Positions 1 through 18,320 of a stretch of 64,000 nucleotides of DNA are shown in pieces (within the stretch, counting starts at the first letter, position 1; every line of letters begins with the position of its first letter). The position numbers and the translations under genes are program-made. Origin of the DNA: Oculina patagonica. Lineage: Eukaryota. Below the pieces are notes generated by a model that saw only the letters and a list, made by a program, of their open reading frames with translations, did no database searches and had not been told where the DNA came from. The DNA is taken from contig NC_135761.1 in the NCBI RefSeq assembly GCF_052425735.1, forward strand, positions 30,380,001 through 30,444,000. Reading direction: 5' to 3'.

Positions 1-215
1 TTATAACCGAATAACTACGGTACTCTGGTCATAGCAATCAGCTAGCAACAAACAAGCTTGGCATTATAGCCAGCTACTCTTCAAGCTTCTGATGCCTACT
101 CCAAAACATTTCACAATAAAAACAACAACTTCTAAGGTAAGAGAGCAACTCAACCAACAGTAAAAGTTCTCTTCCACAACCTTAAAGTTAGTTAATGTAG
201 CTGAAGTAAACAAAC

Positions 216-2650
216 CTTGGTTAGTTGGCTGTGTGAAGAGTATCACTGTATCAGCGTCAGGTGACGGCTTAGGAGCTTCTTCTTTCTCCTCTTCCTCTTC
301 ACCTCCTTCGGCTTCAGTTTTCTGCAAAAAAATTAAAAAGAGATCAAAATCTATGTTCTGTTAAGGTGATGTTACATGGGACGACTTGCAACAAGATTTT
401 ATCGTTCACCGTGTAACATGGCACCAGAGACGATTATTTGCACAACATTTTACTTGGCAACACGTTGCGAGTTTTTGAAACCAAGTCAAAAACTTGCAAT
501 GCAAAATGATGAGTATTCAGAAAGTTGGCTTGTGTAACAGGGTCGCTGTCGATTTTTGGATTTTCAACATGGCCTGAACGTGCCACTGCATGCAAAATGT
601 TGCGAGTTGGCGTTGTGCTGAAAATCGTCTCGTGTAACATGTTTGTGTTTGGGGATGCTGCCAAGCACATTTTGTACGATGTTGCCCAAAAAGTTTACTC
701 GTTTAACAAAGCAAGAAAAGTTGATGCAGTGTTGTGCGAAAAATCGTTGTTGCAAGTAGTCCCATGTAACACCACCTTTAGCAGAAAAAGAGAATAACAA
801 CACAATTCTCCAAACAAACATAACTAAAATATGTACATGTAGCAATCAGAAAGAGAGAGATTTGAGGTTGAAACAAAAGATGTTAATGGATGCATGACAA
901 ATGATCATCTTTAAGTCAATATCACTCCTTTTGAATCAGAACATGTAACTCTCAGCTGTAAGTTAACCATCTGCTGACTGCAAGGTTAATGTTTGTATAG
1001 CTGTTTGAAGAGTATTCATGTCTTACAGCTCAAAAAAGCTGTTTGCGGACTTTATTTTCATCACTTAGTTTTCACTTCTGTAGTTTACAGTTTTACTATC
1101 AAAGTGCTATTTAAAATTGTCTTTCATCACTCTTAGCGAGTTTCCATAAATCATCACGTCAAACTACTACCTGTGAAGTTCATTTTATCAATTTCAATCG
1201 TTTTCGTTCCCTCCTTCCCCTTTTTTCCCTTAACTGGAAAAACCCTTTGGGTGGATTTAACAAGCTATTAAACAAGACAGTCTTATCCTTTTTTATCTTA
1301 GCTATAAGCTCATCTCCAAACCCTACTGAATTTCTTTCGTGCCAAAGCTGGTGACCGGCCTGGGTGCCAGAGGCGACTCACTTTTGCCTTTGAGCAACTA
1401 AGATAACTTTGCTACCATAAAAGCTTTCAAGAGCTAGGCACCCGAGATTCCTTACATAAGAGCCTTCGGGCACCCTGCAATTACCCCTAGAGCACAGCTT
1501 TGGTAATATTGTTTTTGACACTGTATACTTTTTATTATTGTTTTACTCAGTACTTACAGAGTCTTTAGGAGCAGGACTGTCCTTCTCTTCTTCTTCATCT
1601 CCTTCTTCTTCCTCGGTGTCAACCTTTATGAAAATGAAAATTGAATTGTATTAATAAACTCATAAATAATAATTATTCATGAGTTTATTAATAAAGCAGC
1701 AATAGCAACTTGCAAATTGATTGGATAGAGAACCAATAAAGTTAAAGAAAAACAATGCCCCTTTAAATTACAAAAGCAACAACAAGGTACATGTAATTCA
1801 TTGTTCCTGTCTTTAAATGCAAGTTAAAATTTTCTTTTTAGCTAACCAAAAGGTTTTCTTGGCAGGACAGAATCGTGAAAAGGGTTATGATCTTGCAATG
1901 TATGATAACTTATTTCTCCAAAAGAGAAACATAAATAAAACTAATTTGGAAACTAAAGATACAAAATTAAACAACTGCAAAGAACTTATATATTACACTG
2001 ACCTTTCCATCGTCGACATCTTCTACAACGTCTTCAACATATTCCTCATCTGCTGTAGCCTCGGTGGCGTCTGCTTCAGTTGGTTGTGCGACTTCTTGCT
2101 CATTTTCGACCTCATCTTCCCGTGCGATTACAGTAACATCTTTTCATGCCCCAATAATTTAATGCCACGTATACAACGAGACAAAAAATATCACATTAGT
2201 ATAAAACAGGAAATAAACTCTCTTCACTGTCAAAACATTTCAACTGCTACTCGCTATAGCCTTAGTTGCTATTTGTCGTGCAGTCCTCAGACATAACAAG
2301 TGAAATCATTCGCCCAACGCGAAGGCAAGCAAGCTTCCATTCATCGAAGAATGAAGAATGAAGCGACAGTCGAGAAACACAACGACATCAGAAGTAAAAC
2401 ACTTCTGACAGCAAAGATATCTCTCGAAAAGCTTCATTCAAGCTGTTTATACCTTCGCATCGGTAAGATCATTCCAAATGCCTAAAACATCATAGGACAT
2501 AAGAGAGTTATACAATTAATGTCCGGTCTTATTTACTACATACACGATAAATCACGCAAGACATAGCCACTCACCATTTCCGATCAGGACCAGCGATGCT
2601 GGTAAAACTAAAAGAAATAGAAAAAGAAATTTCCGTAGTATAGAAAACAT
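216..2650 (-). CDS. SSR1: Translocon-associated protein alpha (TRAP-alpha), 5' part; gene continues beyond the left edge
   Basis: Exons 2650-2575 (signal peptide MFSILRKFLFLFLLVLPASLVLIGN), 2139-2003 (acidic; weak acceptor), 1623-1558 (VDTEEEEGDEEEEKDSPAPKDS), 321-216 (...PSPDADTVILFTQPTNQ). GT-AG introns with compatible phases. The acidic N-terminus plus SPxADTxILF motif match TRAP-alpha. Confidence 0.88.
364..777. mobile_element. PIF/Harbinger-type MITE
   Basis: TIR AGGTG(A/G)TGTTACATGGGAC.ACTTGCAACAA at both ends; TTA duplicated at 361-363 and 778-780. Confidence 0.8.
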
Positions 2651-2928
2651 GATGGATTTTTTCAAAAACCGTTCCTTCTCGCAAGATGGAAACGGATTCT
2701 TTGACTGTGTTTTCACACAATCAGTCGAAAATGGCTGCCAGAACAAAGAGAACTCAGAGAGGAAGCGACCGCAAACTTGACTGATCAGCGGCAGAGCAGC
2801 TGATTAGTTACCAGCTTTTCGCCGACAGAAGTTCGCCATTTTGAGCCAACGATCATTGTGTACAATAGTCTTTCAGTCGATCTTTACGGAAATTTCACCT
2901 TTCAACGCGAAACAAACTTCTTTTCAGC
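2651..2928. promoter_or_regulatory. Probable bidirectional promoter SSR1/NEDD8
   Basis: Divergent ATGs at 2650 (-) and 2929 (+), under 300 bp apart; locally CpG-containing. Confidence 0.65.
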
Positions 2929-8172
<5,244 letters not shown>

Positions 8173-9005
8173 CACAAGAATAATGCTGTATTAATTATCT
8201 GTTAAGAACCATTATTGTGTTTTGTCAGGAAGTATTGTTACCAATAGGATGCTGTAGCTGCATGTCTTGTACGGAATGCTGAAATGTAAAATAACTACCA
8301 GATAATCTATGTGTTTCACCAAACCCTAGTGTTTTATTCGCTGTTTTTTATGTAATAAAAGATGCACATGAAGTACAAATTTGCTATTGATATTTGTTGC
8401 TTGAGTCATTTTTCTGATCTACCCCTTCTTCTCTTCTACCTTCCCTCTAACATTCTGCCAGCCAGACAAGTCGTTTCACTGTAAAAGCCACTAGTTGTCT
8501 TAGAACTGTACAGTTGGTTTACATCTGAAAGGGTTTTTGTAGTGTTTCACGCTCGCTAGGCAGGCTAGGATAACATGTTTTAGTATATACTAAAACAGTG
8601 GGTAGTGTTTTTCGGGCATGCTGATCAGCTACTAAAACTTTGAATATCCTTTCCTATTCACCTCCGAGCAACGCACACAAGAAAATTGTAGAGAGGCTAC
8701 TCCATCGACAACAAAAAGTCAACATTTTCTTTCACTAGTGTAAATTCTTTATTTTATTATCCAACTCTGCCTCGTAGAGTACATTATAACGAGTCAACGT
8801 GCGAAAGATTTAAAAACGTGGCAAGTGAGCATTTTTGGGAAAGAAATTGTTGGATAATAAATCTCTTTAATATTAGACATTTTAGTGTCTAGTATTGCTG
8901 TACATTCGTACGAGTCATTTGTCTTTTGACTCGCACTTCAGGCTTGCCAAAATACTGCATGACTCGTAAAAATATAGTGTTTCTACACACTAAAATGTCT
9001 AATTA

Positions 9006-9180
9006 CAGCAAGGCGCCCAAAAGTGTGACCACCTTTAATTACCGGTAATTCACATTCTTTCGTGCAACCACCATCCAATCAGAAGCCAAGGACAGCTCCC
9101 AGTTGACTTCTGATTGGATTAAATCTCCACGGAAGAATGTGAATAAATTAAAAGTGGTCACACTTTTGGGCGCTTTGCTG
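9006..9180. mobile_element. Palindromic MITE ~315 bp upstream of the CYHR1 ATG
   Basis: CAGCAA(G/A)GCGCCCAAAAGTGTGACCAC TIRs, TA TSD; nearly the whole element folds back. Confidence 0.8.
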
Positions 9181-9494
9181 TAAGATATATTTATTCAAGC
9201 TATTTTTTTCCTTCTTTTTTTTGTTCTTGGAACTGAAAACAACAGCCCTCTGTATGCATAGCGGACCTATCTCTTTGCGGTTATCCGCTGAGCGAAGAAC
9301 TTAAAGTCTCGGATTTCCCTGCGCGTGATGGTCTCGTGACTTTTCTTTACCTTATTTGGATCAATTGACCTTTGTTTCGTTCATTTGTGACGCAGGCGCA
9401 GCGAAGTAAACATTACATCATCTTTCCATATCAAAACAAACCATCGATCGAGCGGTGTTTTTGAGGGCGTAGGATTTTATATCAAAAGGGGAGT

Positions 9495-12400
9495 ATGTCG
9501 GAAGAAGAAGGTGAAGGTTCTATACAGGTGGAAGATACTTCGGAAAAAGAAAATATCGAACCTCCTTTGAAGAAAGCGAAGATAAGGGAGGATAAAAAAA
9601 TCGATCGTCTCGGGAAACTCGAGGCGCGTTTGAACGACATTTTAAGTTGTACAGTCTGCCTCGATTTGCCCACCAAATCGGTCTTCCAGGTAAGTTAGTT
9701 ATAGCATTGTATAGAATGTCAAGCTGTTTGTTTAAATGAGAAACTATTGTTATCTTAAATGATTTTGCTTCAGTCACTTTTTAGTGATGTCAATTTCTCG
9801 TCGCATCGCTCAGCAAGTTACCCGTATTCGCGAGCGGTTTGTTTTTGCTCTACGTCCAATAAAGATGTGTTTAACGATACCCCCTAACCTGGCTTTTGTA
9901 TGCAAGTATTTTAAAACTAATCCTTATTAAATAGAACACAGTTCTACAAGCCTCCATGAGATTAATTTACCACGCTGAGGTCAAAATAAGTGGCGTTCCC
10001 TTGTTTGATTTCCAAGCATGTCGATTACCATTACATTTCGAACTGCGCAATAGCATTTGAATAATAGGTTTATATATACATTGTTGATGTTTAGCAAACA
10101 TTGTATAAAACATATTTTCCTGTGGATCGATGCTATAAATCTTTTGAGTCAACGCCAGTTTTGCACGTTGTTGCTTGATGGTTTTCTAAATGCAATATTG
10201 TAAGTGCAACTTGCATTGCTAGCGTGGATTTAGCAATTTGCTAAAATACATTGTAATGTTGTTGAAGAAAGGTAAATAAGAAAGACTTTCTGATGTTTAA
10301 ATATTCATATCAATAATAGACTTCGTTCTTAGGACGCAAGATTTCAATGTGGACATTTTATTTTCACGTTGCTGTACAATATTCACATGGCCACTTGCGA
10401 TCCATTTGTAACTTGAGACTTTTCAGTAAAAAGTGATATTTACTACTGTGAGACATGAATTTAGTTGATAATAATATTTGTTTTTAATATTTTATGTTTG
10501 GATTTCTTAGTTAGTAGTTTATATTCATAGTTGCTTTCAAACACATGCGAAGAAACCTGCAATCAATATGTCACTCCAATTATTTTCTTTTGTTTTTATT
10601 TTAATACCTGTCCATGAAATATCACTTGACACTCTTGGTGAGGACTGGTGGCATTTTTTCAATGCCAGGTCTTGAAAATCTTAAATATTTGACAGCTATG
10701 CAAAATAAGACGGGAGTAGTAAGATTTCATAGCTGCTTGCCTAAATTATCTACCCCAAGGCAAGGGAGGTGCAAAGAGGTGATTACTGGAATTTTTGGTG
10801 GGGTGTGCTAACCAGTATTTAAACCCCTTCGCCTTACTGTGTTTACATTAAAAAGTGCCTCTGGTGGTAATTAAGCACTTCCTGGAAAAATCACTGCACA
10901 TAAGAGTAATAAATGTCTCTCTCCCTTAATTAATCAAGTGCCACACTCCTCCACAACAGTGCAGCACCACTTTGCTCTAGAAGAGCAGATACTGAAATAG
11001 TTGCACTCCAGTGCGGGCTCCAGTGCAGGTTTTAACCTGATCAGGAAGGAATCAAACGTGATGGGGGGGGGGGGGGCTGTTCCCTTCCTCCAATTTTTCC
11101 TTGGGGGTGGGGTGGGTGGGTACAGCTACATGTAGGCAAGGCCTTGAACACATGACTGCCAAATTTAATTTTCTCAGGGAAGGAGCAGGTTGGAATTGAA
11201 ACCCAGTTTTGACATATGGACTTCATATTTTAAGCTTACAAATGAAGACTTCAAAAAATTTATCAAATTGTCATCTTGTTTAGGAAACTTATTGTGACAC
11301 TGACATAAGATTTTCTCTTTTGAATCTAGTGCCGAAATGGACACCTTATGTGTGCCTCCTGCTTCACACATCTTTTGGCTGATAGTCGGCTAAAAAACGA
11401 GCAATCAACTTGTCCCAACTGCCGAACTGAGATAAATCGCAATGTCTGCTCGCGTAACTTAGCTGTCGAGAAGGCTATCTCTGAGCTTCCAACGGAATGC
11501 TCTTACTGCTATCAGGAGCTGCCGCGAAGCTGCTTGAGAAATCACGAGGACAAAGACTGCTTAAACAGGTAAGTGAACAGAAGTATTGTATCAATTTTAT
11601 TGTCTCTTCAATATTGAAATGATTTACATTGAGTTACCGCTTTACTGTTGTTTATTTCTCAGTCTTTTTACAGCCGTTGATATTTTTCAGTTTTATAATG
11701 ATGAAATAAAACAATGAAAACCATTCTTTGCTTGCATTTATCTCTGATTGTGTGACGTCATGGGGGTTGGGTGGGAAGGCTCCACTGTGTCTGCAAATAC
11801 TCGATTCCGATCTGTGTATGGAATCTGCTTTTTCTGACCCTTACAATAACATCACAAGTCACTCCCATCCACGACAAATGCTCCCTTTTCATTTCATCAT
11901 TGGTTTTCCTTGCAAATTATGTTGGGATGAAACGTCCACTGGTTAAATTTTCCTCAAACAATTAAGCTTAGTAGCGGTGATTTTAATACAACTTGTTTTC
12001 TTACTTCACCTTAAATAGTAACATATCCTGTAGCAATCATTTGTTATTCTAGTATACTTTGTATAATGAAAGCATATTTATAGTGTTGTATAAAGGTTTA
12101 CTGTAAGTGCAGTAATTTCAATAAAGACAACATACTGTAGAAATAAAAGATCATACTGTACGATATTTAACAGATAAGGATGTATAAATTGAGAACTCGT
12201 CACTGTATTTTAGTCATCAATACCTTTGTTATAATAATTTAATAATCTTTGATTGAAGATTTGAAATAAAATTATGAAAGTGGTGAATTTGCGTTTGCCA
12301 TTATTGTTTCAAACACACTTTTAAAGAGAGCACATACAATCCTGTGGAACAAAATAAGACCTGATGCACGTAATAATTATGTTAGTGACATTGGACTCAC

Positions 12401-15400
12401 TGCACTCAAGTATGTGTATTTGCTCCCACCCCAGTGATCCAACATGTGTTACACATAGTGGATTTCTGGAGATGAGCACACCACTATTATTAGACTGTTG
12501 AGGGTACTGGCTGTGTGCACTTGTCTCTAGAGATCCAATGAATGTTTCACGTCTTGGGTCAATGTGGTGGGAGAAATAGCAACTTTAATTTCTGCCATTA
12601 TATATACACTACGTCTTATGCAGTGCTGATAAGTTCCAAGTAGGCGGAAACAGCTGTCCATTGCTAGGCTTGAGGATTCCTTGATCTGTAGTTGAGCAGA
12701 TACACAAACCTGAGTGTAGTGAGTCCAGTTTCACTAACATAATTAACACACTTGTTTTTGCTTTTGAGAAAAGACAAGGTCTTAAGATAATCCCCCCTCC
12801 TCCACCGCGACACGACACAACCAAACCGCAAGTTGTCAGTAGGGCTGAATAGGTTGACATGAAATGAGCTGGTCCAGGAAAAAAAAAAACACATCCTCTC
12901 TTGCACATCACAGCATTCACAAAAAAAATTTGGTTGGTATGAAAGAATGTTTATTACCTTAGTCAGGCCAGATATATTTGCCTTGGTTAATTTGCACAGT
13001 CCACACTGTATTCAATCTGCGCATGATGAAAATTTAAAGGAACCTTTCAGATTCATTATTCTTGCCACTTTGCAGTTTTTATACTGTCCATCTGATTAGC
13101 ACACAGGCGGTCCAAGCTCACTACATGAAATTTTTATGAAATGTATGCGAATGTAACTCTTGCCCTCGGGCAGTGTTGTGTTACAAAGAAGCAATTTATA
13201 AGGGTTTATAAAATGTCCGAGCAATTGCGCGTGCTGTGATTGGTCAGTTCAACTTCATTATAGCTCCATAAAGCACGCTGCATACGTCACGCGTGTGCTT
13301 TATCCAGTTATAATGCATGCTGCTTACGTCACAAGTTTTAGCTCACGCAATTTCTTTAACATTTCATAAAAGAAATAAAAACTTTCTCCTCATGCATCGT
13401 CGAGTTATATGAGCACTTGGAAATTTTTAAGAACACTCAAGAAGTGCAAGAAGCACTCGGCTGCACCTTGTGCTTCTCTATGCACTTCTCTCGTGTTCTT
13501 AAAAATTCCTGCATGCTTATAAACTCAACAATGCACTCGGGTGCGTTTTTTATTCCTTTATTGTATGATTTTACAAACTCTTATATATCACATCTTTGTA
13601 ACACGACACCGCCACCCATACTTTTCATGAAAATTTCATGTAGTGAGTTTAGGCGGCCTGTGATTAGCAGTAATAAAAAAAATTTCTGAAATGTTTTTAC
13701 CTAAAAAGTTTAATGGGTTTTGCTGTGACTTCAAATATATTAACAAAACACTAATTGAATTTTTGTTCTCAAAAAGATTAAACTGGAGACAGTAAGAATT
13801 TTGTCCAAAAAATGCACACAATTTCCCTAGAAATTTGAAGGCAATTTTAAATTTTGATAGAGCAATGCATTGATTTAGTAGTTTTTCAATTGGATCCTCC
13901 AACAAAGCTTTCTGTTTACCAAAGGGCGACTGTCAGATTATATCAGTTAATATCTGGTTTCTATGAGCCCAGAAAAGGATGGACGCGGACGAAAGAATGA
14001 CACAAGATGCAATCATGGGGTTGCCGCTGCTGTAAGCAGTAACAAGAAATGTTTTTGAATTTGATGGTTTTCAAATCAACCATCTAAATCAAAAACAATA
14101 ACCATTAATATAGTAAATGGTTTGAACCCAGCGGTATCAGTTGGTCATTTAGTGTGATCGCCAGGGTGAGAGTAGTTCTGAGAAGAACTGTTGTTGGTGA
14201 CTGACGTTTCGACAACCTGAGCGGAAGCTTTAGTCATCTTCAGAGTCAAGTGAAAAGTTGTTGTCAGTCGATGATGTTATAAGTCTGGTCCGTTGAAGTT
14301 GATTGGTCAGCTTAGCTGTGATGTTATTGGCTGTAAGACTCATGTAAAGTTTGTTGTAAGTAATTGGTTTTGATCCGTTTATTAATTGTTAGTCTAATAA
14401 AGTCTGTCTGTTCTGTTTATTGTTAGTCAAATTTGGTCGTACTTAATATAACATCATCGACTGACAACAACTTTTCACTTGACTCTGAAGATGACTTAAT
14501 TACGCTCAGGTTGTCGAAACGTCGGTCACCAACAACAGTTCTTCTCAGAACAACTCTCACCCGGATGATCACACTATATGACCTCCTAATAATCATTAAT
14601 GTTACTAATTTACCATTATTTAGCATGAGCAAAGAGACGTCTTTCTTAAGGAGCCTCACTTCATGAATCCCTATTAAAAGAGGTGTTTGAGATCTAGCGG
14701 AACAACTTTAAGGTGACATGCAGTACAGAGATCCGTGTATTTGTGTGACTTTATTTAAAATGATTGAAGACTATCAAAAACTCTGCACTGATCACTGTAG
14801 TTGTTTGTCATTGGTATGGAATTCTTCCTGTCAAATCTTGGACGTCTCTCTTATCATGGTCGTCCAGGAAGTGAAGTTCCTGAGGAGAGTTCTCTGTTTT
14901 TTTTTGTCAGATGTAATTAACATTTTGTAAATGTGAGCGAAGAGTAATATTTATCAACTGCTTTCAAGTTAAATTAAACTAAATCATGAAATAATAGGCT
15001 TCTTACAACTTAACCATTGCTTTTAGCTCTTTAAAAGTCAAGATAATTGCTGGTTGTGTCTAAGTCAGTGCCCTAAGTTGTAACTTGTATGAAGCATTGC
15101 GTTTGTAAATTATGTGTATGTTAAGCCACGTATACATGTTGCTATAGACAATGCTGGTAAACTGTAAACTAGTTAGCGTAAAATGTATGTATTGTGTACT
15201 TTGTTTTTTTTCAAATGTTTACAAATTCCAGGATGTTCTCAGGACCAGACCTGTACTCGCTAAGGGAGCTGGCTTTATATTGTTAGAGCTTGAACAAGTT
15301 ATTTTTAATTTGCTTAAGGGGGGGGGGATGCAACAGTACCCAGTCCTTTGACTTGCATACATTGATAAATTAAACCCATGTGTTTTTGTCATTAACGTAG

Positions 15401-18320
15401 CCTGAATCACTGGTGAAAAAGATAATAGGCCATTTGCCGACCCGATCACATGGTACAAAAATCAGGCAAACTGGGGACACAAGTTATTAACAGTGGGACA
15501 TCCAAAACAAAGGAAGGTGAAGCTTGACTGGAGGGAGTCGTTTTGTTCTGAATGCCCCACTGCATAACTTGCATTTCAACGTGGCTGATTGTGATGGCCA
15601 GCTCATGCAAAGGGCCTATGATCAGTCAACTGGCTACTGCGGTGCTACCTTAAGTTTTCAGTGAACTGAATAGAGCTTTCAAAATAATGCATTTTTCATT
15701 GCATGTCAATAAAAAAGTGGGTCAAGGAATTTGCTAACATAAAGGATGTTTAAACAAACTACACTTTGCTGTTGCCATGGTAACCAGTTTTAACATCATG
15801 ATCATAACTTGTTCACCATTGATCAGTTATGTGGGTTATTTTATTAATGTAACAAGATCACAGGGTTTGTGCACTAAGAACTATCACAAGCTTCCTAAAA
15901 TCCTTGTAGAGGAAGCATTATCAAACACTTGGTGTAAGGTGACTAAATTTTATCAACAAGTTTTTCTTAGTGAAATAGAAATAGGCTGAGTTGTGTTATG
16001 ATAGCAGAAAAGGCAGAAAGAAGACACAAGGCTAACAATTAAAATAATAATCAGGATGGCGTCATGAGTAAAGTTGAATCTTTCTGAAGTAGAAGAGGAG
16101 ATAGAGTTGCATGGAATAGGATTCAAACATAACTACTCAACTAGTCAATGACACTGGCATCTGAATATTGATACTGTCTTCTTTTGCTTTTCTTGACAGG
16201 TTGAAAATCCTCGTTCCACGATATGCTTCCATACTAATTTTTACATTATGTTTTTCAGCCAGTTCTTTTCTATCACCAACACTCTTTGTAAAAAAAATCT
16301 GTTCACATTCATTTTTATTTAACTGTTAAACAACTCTCGACAATCCATTCGCCGTTCAGTTTTGATTTGTGTCTTGTGCTTTTTCAGGCCTGTGTATTGC
16401 AAGTTCAAAAGGTTAGGTTGCCTGTGGCATGGTCCATTTCACGAGCTAGCGGATCATGAGGATAAGTGTGTGCATCCAGGCATGACTGGACTACAACTGA
16501 TGGAGTCATTAGAGGTCCTTGATAAGAATCACAAGAATGAGCAGGATCTCTACCAAAACATCCTCAACTTGCTGTCCTTTGAAAAGATTGCTATAAATGG
16601 TTAATATTGTTATTCTTTTTTATTAACTTTTTTTACTATAATTATGTTTGTTAAATCTGCAATTTTATTGTATAACTAAAAAGAAGTTCATCTTTCTCTG
16701 ACAGTTCCTTTCTTTTTGGGGACAGACTAGTACAAAACATGGACCCTCCTACCTGGAGACCCCTTCTGGATCCCAGAAAGGGTCCAGATCGGGTCAAGTT
16801 GAGGTCCAGAAAGGGGGGCCACATGGGAGGTCCAGGTTTTGTGTCCCAGCCCTTTGTTCAGCTTGTTTTAATTGCACTGCTCACTAAATAGATTTTAAAC
16901 CTTCTTGTTTGCTTGTTTTGTCCTTGTTTAGTTACTCGCAGGTTGGATTAATCTGTGCTATGTTGTTCACTACATTAAATGAAATGCACTATATTTTTGT
17001 ATTGCTTTTTACTTATCTAAGCAAGACAATGAGCGTTTGTCATAATACTTTTACTCAGTAACTTACTGATTATTATTTTTCTGCCGCGGGTGTGACACTG
17101 TTGTTTTAATTATCATCCTCATTACTGATTTTTTTCTGACTGTTGCCGATTTTTTCAGGCTTGGTTAGTACCAACCCATGGTGAGCCCAAAATCCTTCAC
17201 AATATTACTGCTAACACTGCTTGAATTATTCTTGTCCCCGGAGCTGCTTGCCCCTCTTAGCCAGCAGAGCCTGGGGCACAAGGAACAAGTGGCTCTGGGG
17301 ACACATGATTTTATCGGCTAGATCTTTAACAAAGGGGATTTTAATCTAGCCAATCAAATCAACTGTAGTAAAATCCCTTACAACAAAGGAATTTAAAACG
17401 GTTGATTTGATTTGCCAAAGATATAATTATTTCTTTTGTTAAAGATCCAGCCAATCAAATCATGTGTCCCCAGAGCCACTTGTTCTTTGTGCCCAAGGCT
17501 CTGCCGACTAAGAGGGACAAGCGGCTCTGGGGACAAGACTGTTCTTGAATTTGATTCATTGTCATTCATTGCAGATGATAAATCTGTGTATTAACCACAT
17601 CATTGATTTGCAGCTAGGGACTGGGGGGTGGTTGCATTCATGTATGTGGTGTTTGTCTGACTTTTGAGCTTCCAAATCTTACGTTTCCCTGCTTACTTGA
17701 AGAAGAGAAAGTTGACAAAGCATGGTCTGATGTTGTTCATAAGCCTTGTTAGGAAATGTCTTTATGATCAGCAAGTGCAAAACTTTGCCTGCTTCATCTA
17801 AGCAGGGAAATTTGTAGCACACTTTTAGTTAAAATGCACTTTCATACAACAAACTCACCAATCTCACACCGACATTCATTACAGTGACGCATACATTCCT
17901 ACTAACCAATTCATGTTCACAATCTTCCTAACATCTGTAGACTTGCAGCTCAAGCCATACCGTTCAGACGACTATATACCGCAACTCTGCTATGAAAGCA
18001 GTAGATTCAATGCTCTGGGCCAACAATGGGTGGTAAAGGCAAATGTCGTCGGCAACGAGAAAAGTTTAAAGCGTGTCTTGACTTACCAGCTTGTACAGAA
18101 AGGCAAGGTCAACCTTAATGTCAAGTTCTTAATGCTGCGGAGTCCGTTCAGTGACTTGGTCATCAAACCCGAAGTGCATCAACAGGAATTTAGCTGTGAT
18201 TCGCAAGAGAGCAGTTACCATGATCTTGTGCTATTGGACCCCACAGACTGCAACAAAATGCTGGAGGCTAATACAATTAAATTGAGAATGATCATATTTC
18301 AAATTCCTGGCTCTGATTAA
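9495..18320 (+). CDS. ZFTRAF1: Cysteine- and histidine-rich protein 1 / zinc finger TRAF-type protein 1 (CYHR1)
   Basis: Exons 9495-9689, 11330-11568, 16388-16599, 17941-18320. RING-like [48 protein letters not shown], a TRAF/SIAH-type Zn finger, and C-terminal [23 protein letters not shown] domain. Confidence 0.95.
14198..14248 (-). ncRNA. Minimal type I hammerhead ribozyme
   Basis: Minus strand reads TGACT-CTGAAGA-T-GAC...GTC-GAAACGTC-AGTCA: stem I TGACT/AGTCA, CUGANGA and GAAA core, palindromic ACGU in place of stem III. Confidence 0.7.
14480..14528 (+). ncRNA. Minimal type I hammerhead ribozyme
   Basis: TGACT-CTGAAGA-T-GAC...GTC-GAAACGTC-GGTCA; predicted cleavage after C14523. Confidence 0.7.

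Larger units (their letters stand above)
14150..14576. mobile_element. Penelope-like element relic: inverted pair of pLTR-like segments
   Basis: ~135-bp arms (14150-14285 and 14441-14576) are reverse complements; each carries a hammerhead core. Confidence 0.75.

Noticed and set aside
1817-2296. 159-aa plus-strand ORF
   Set aside because: Antisense shadow of an SSR1 exon and introns; no recognisable protein features.
2280-2500. C/D-box snoRNA in SSR1 intron 1
   Set aside because: Only partial C-box-like words and a CTGA; no convincing terminal stem or rRNA guide seen.
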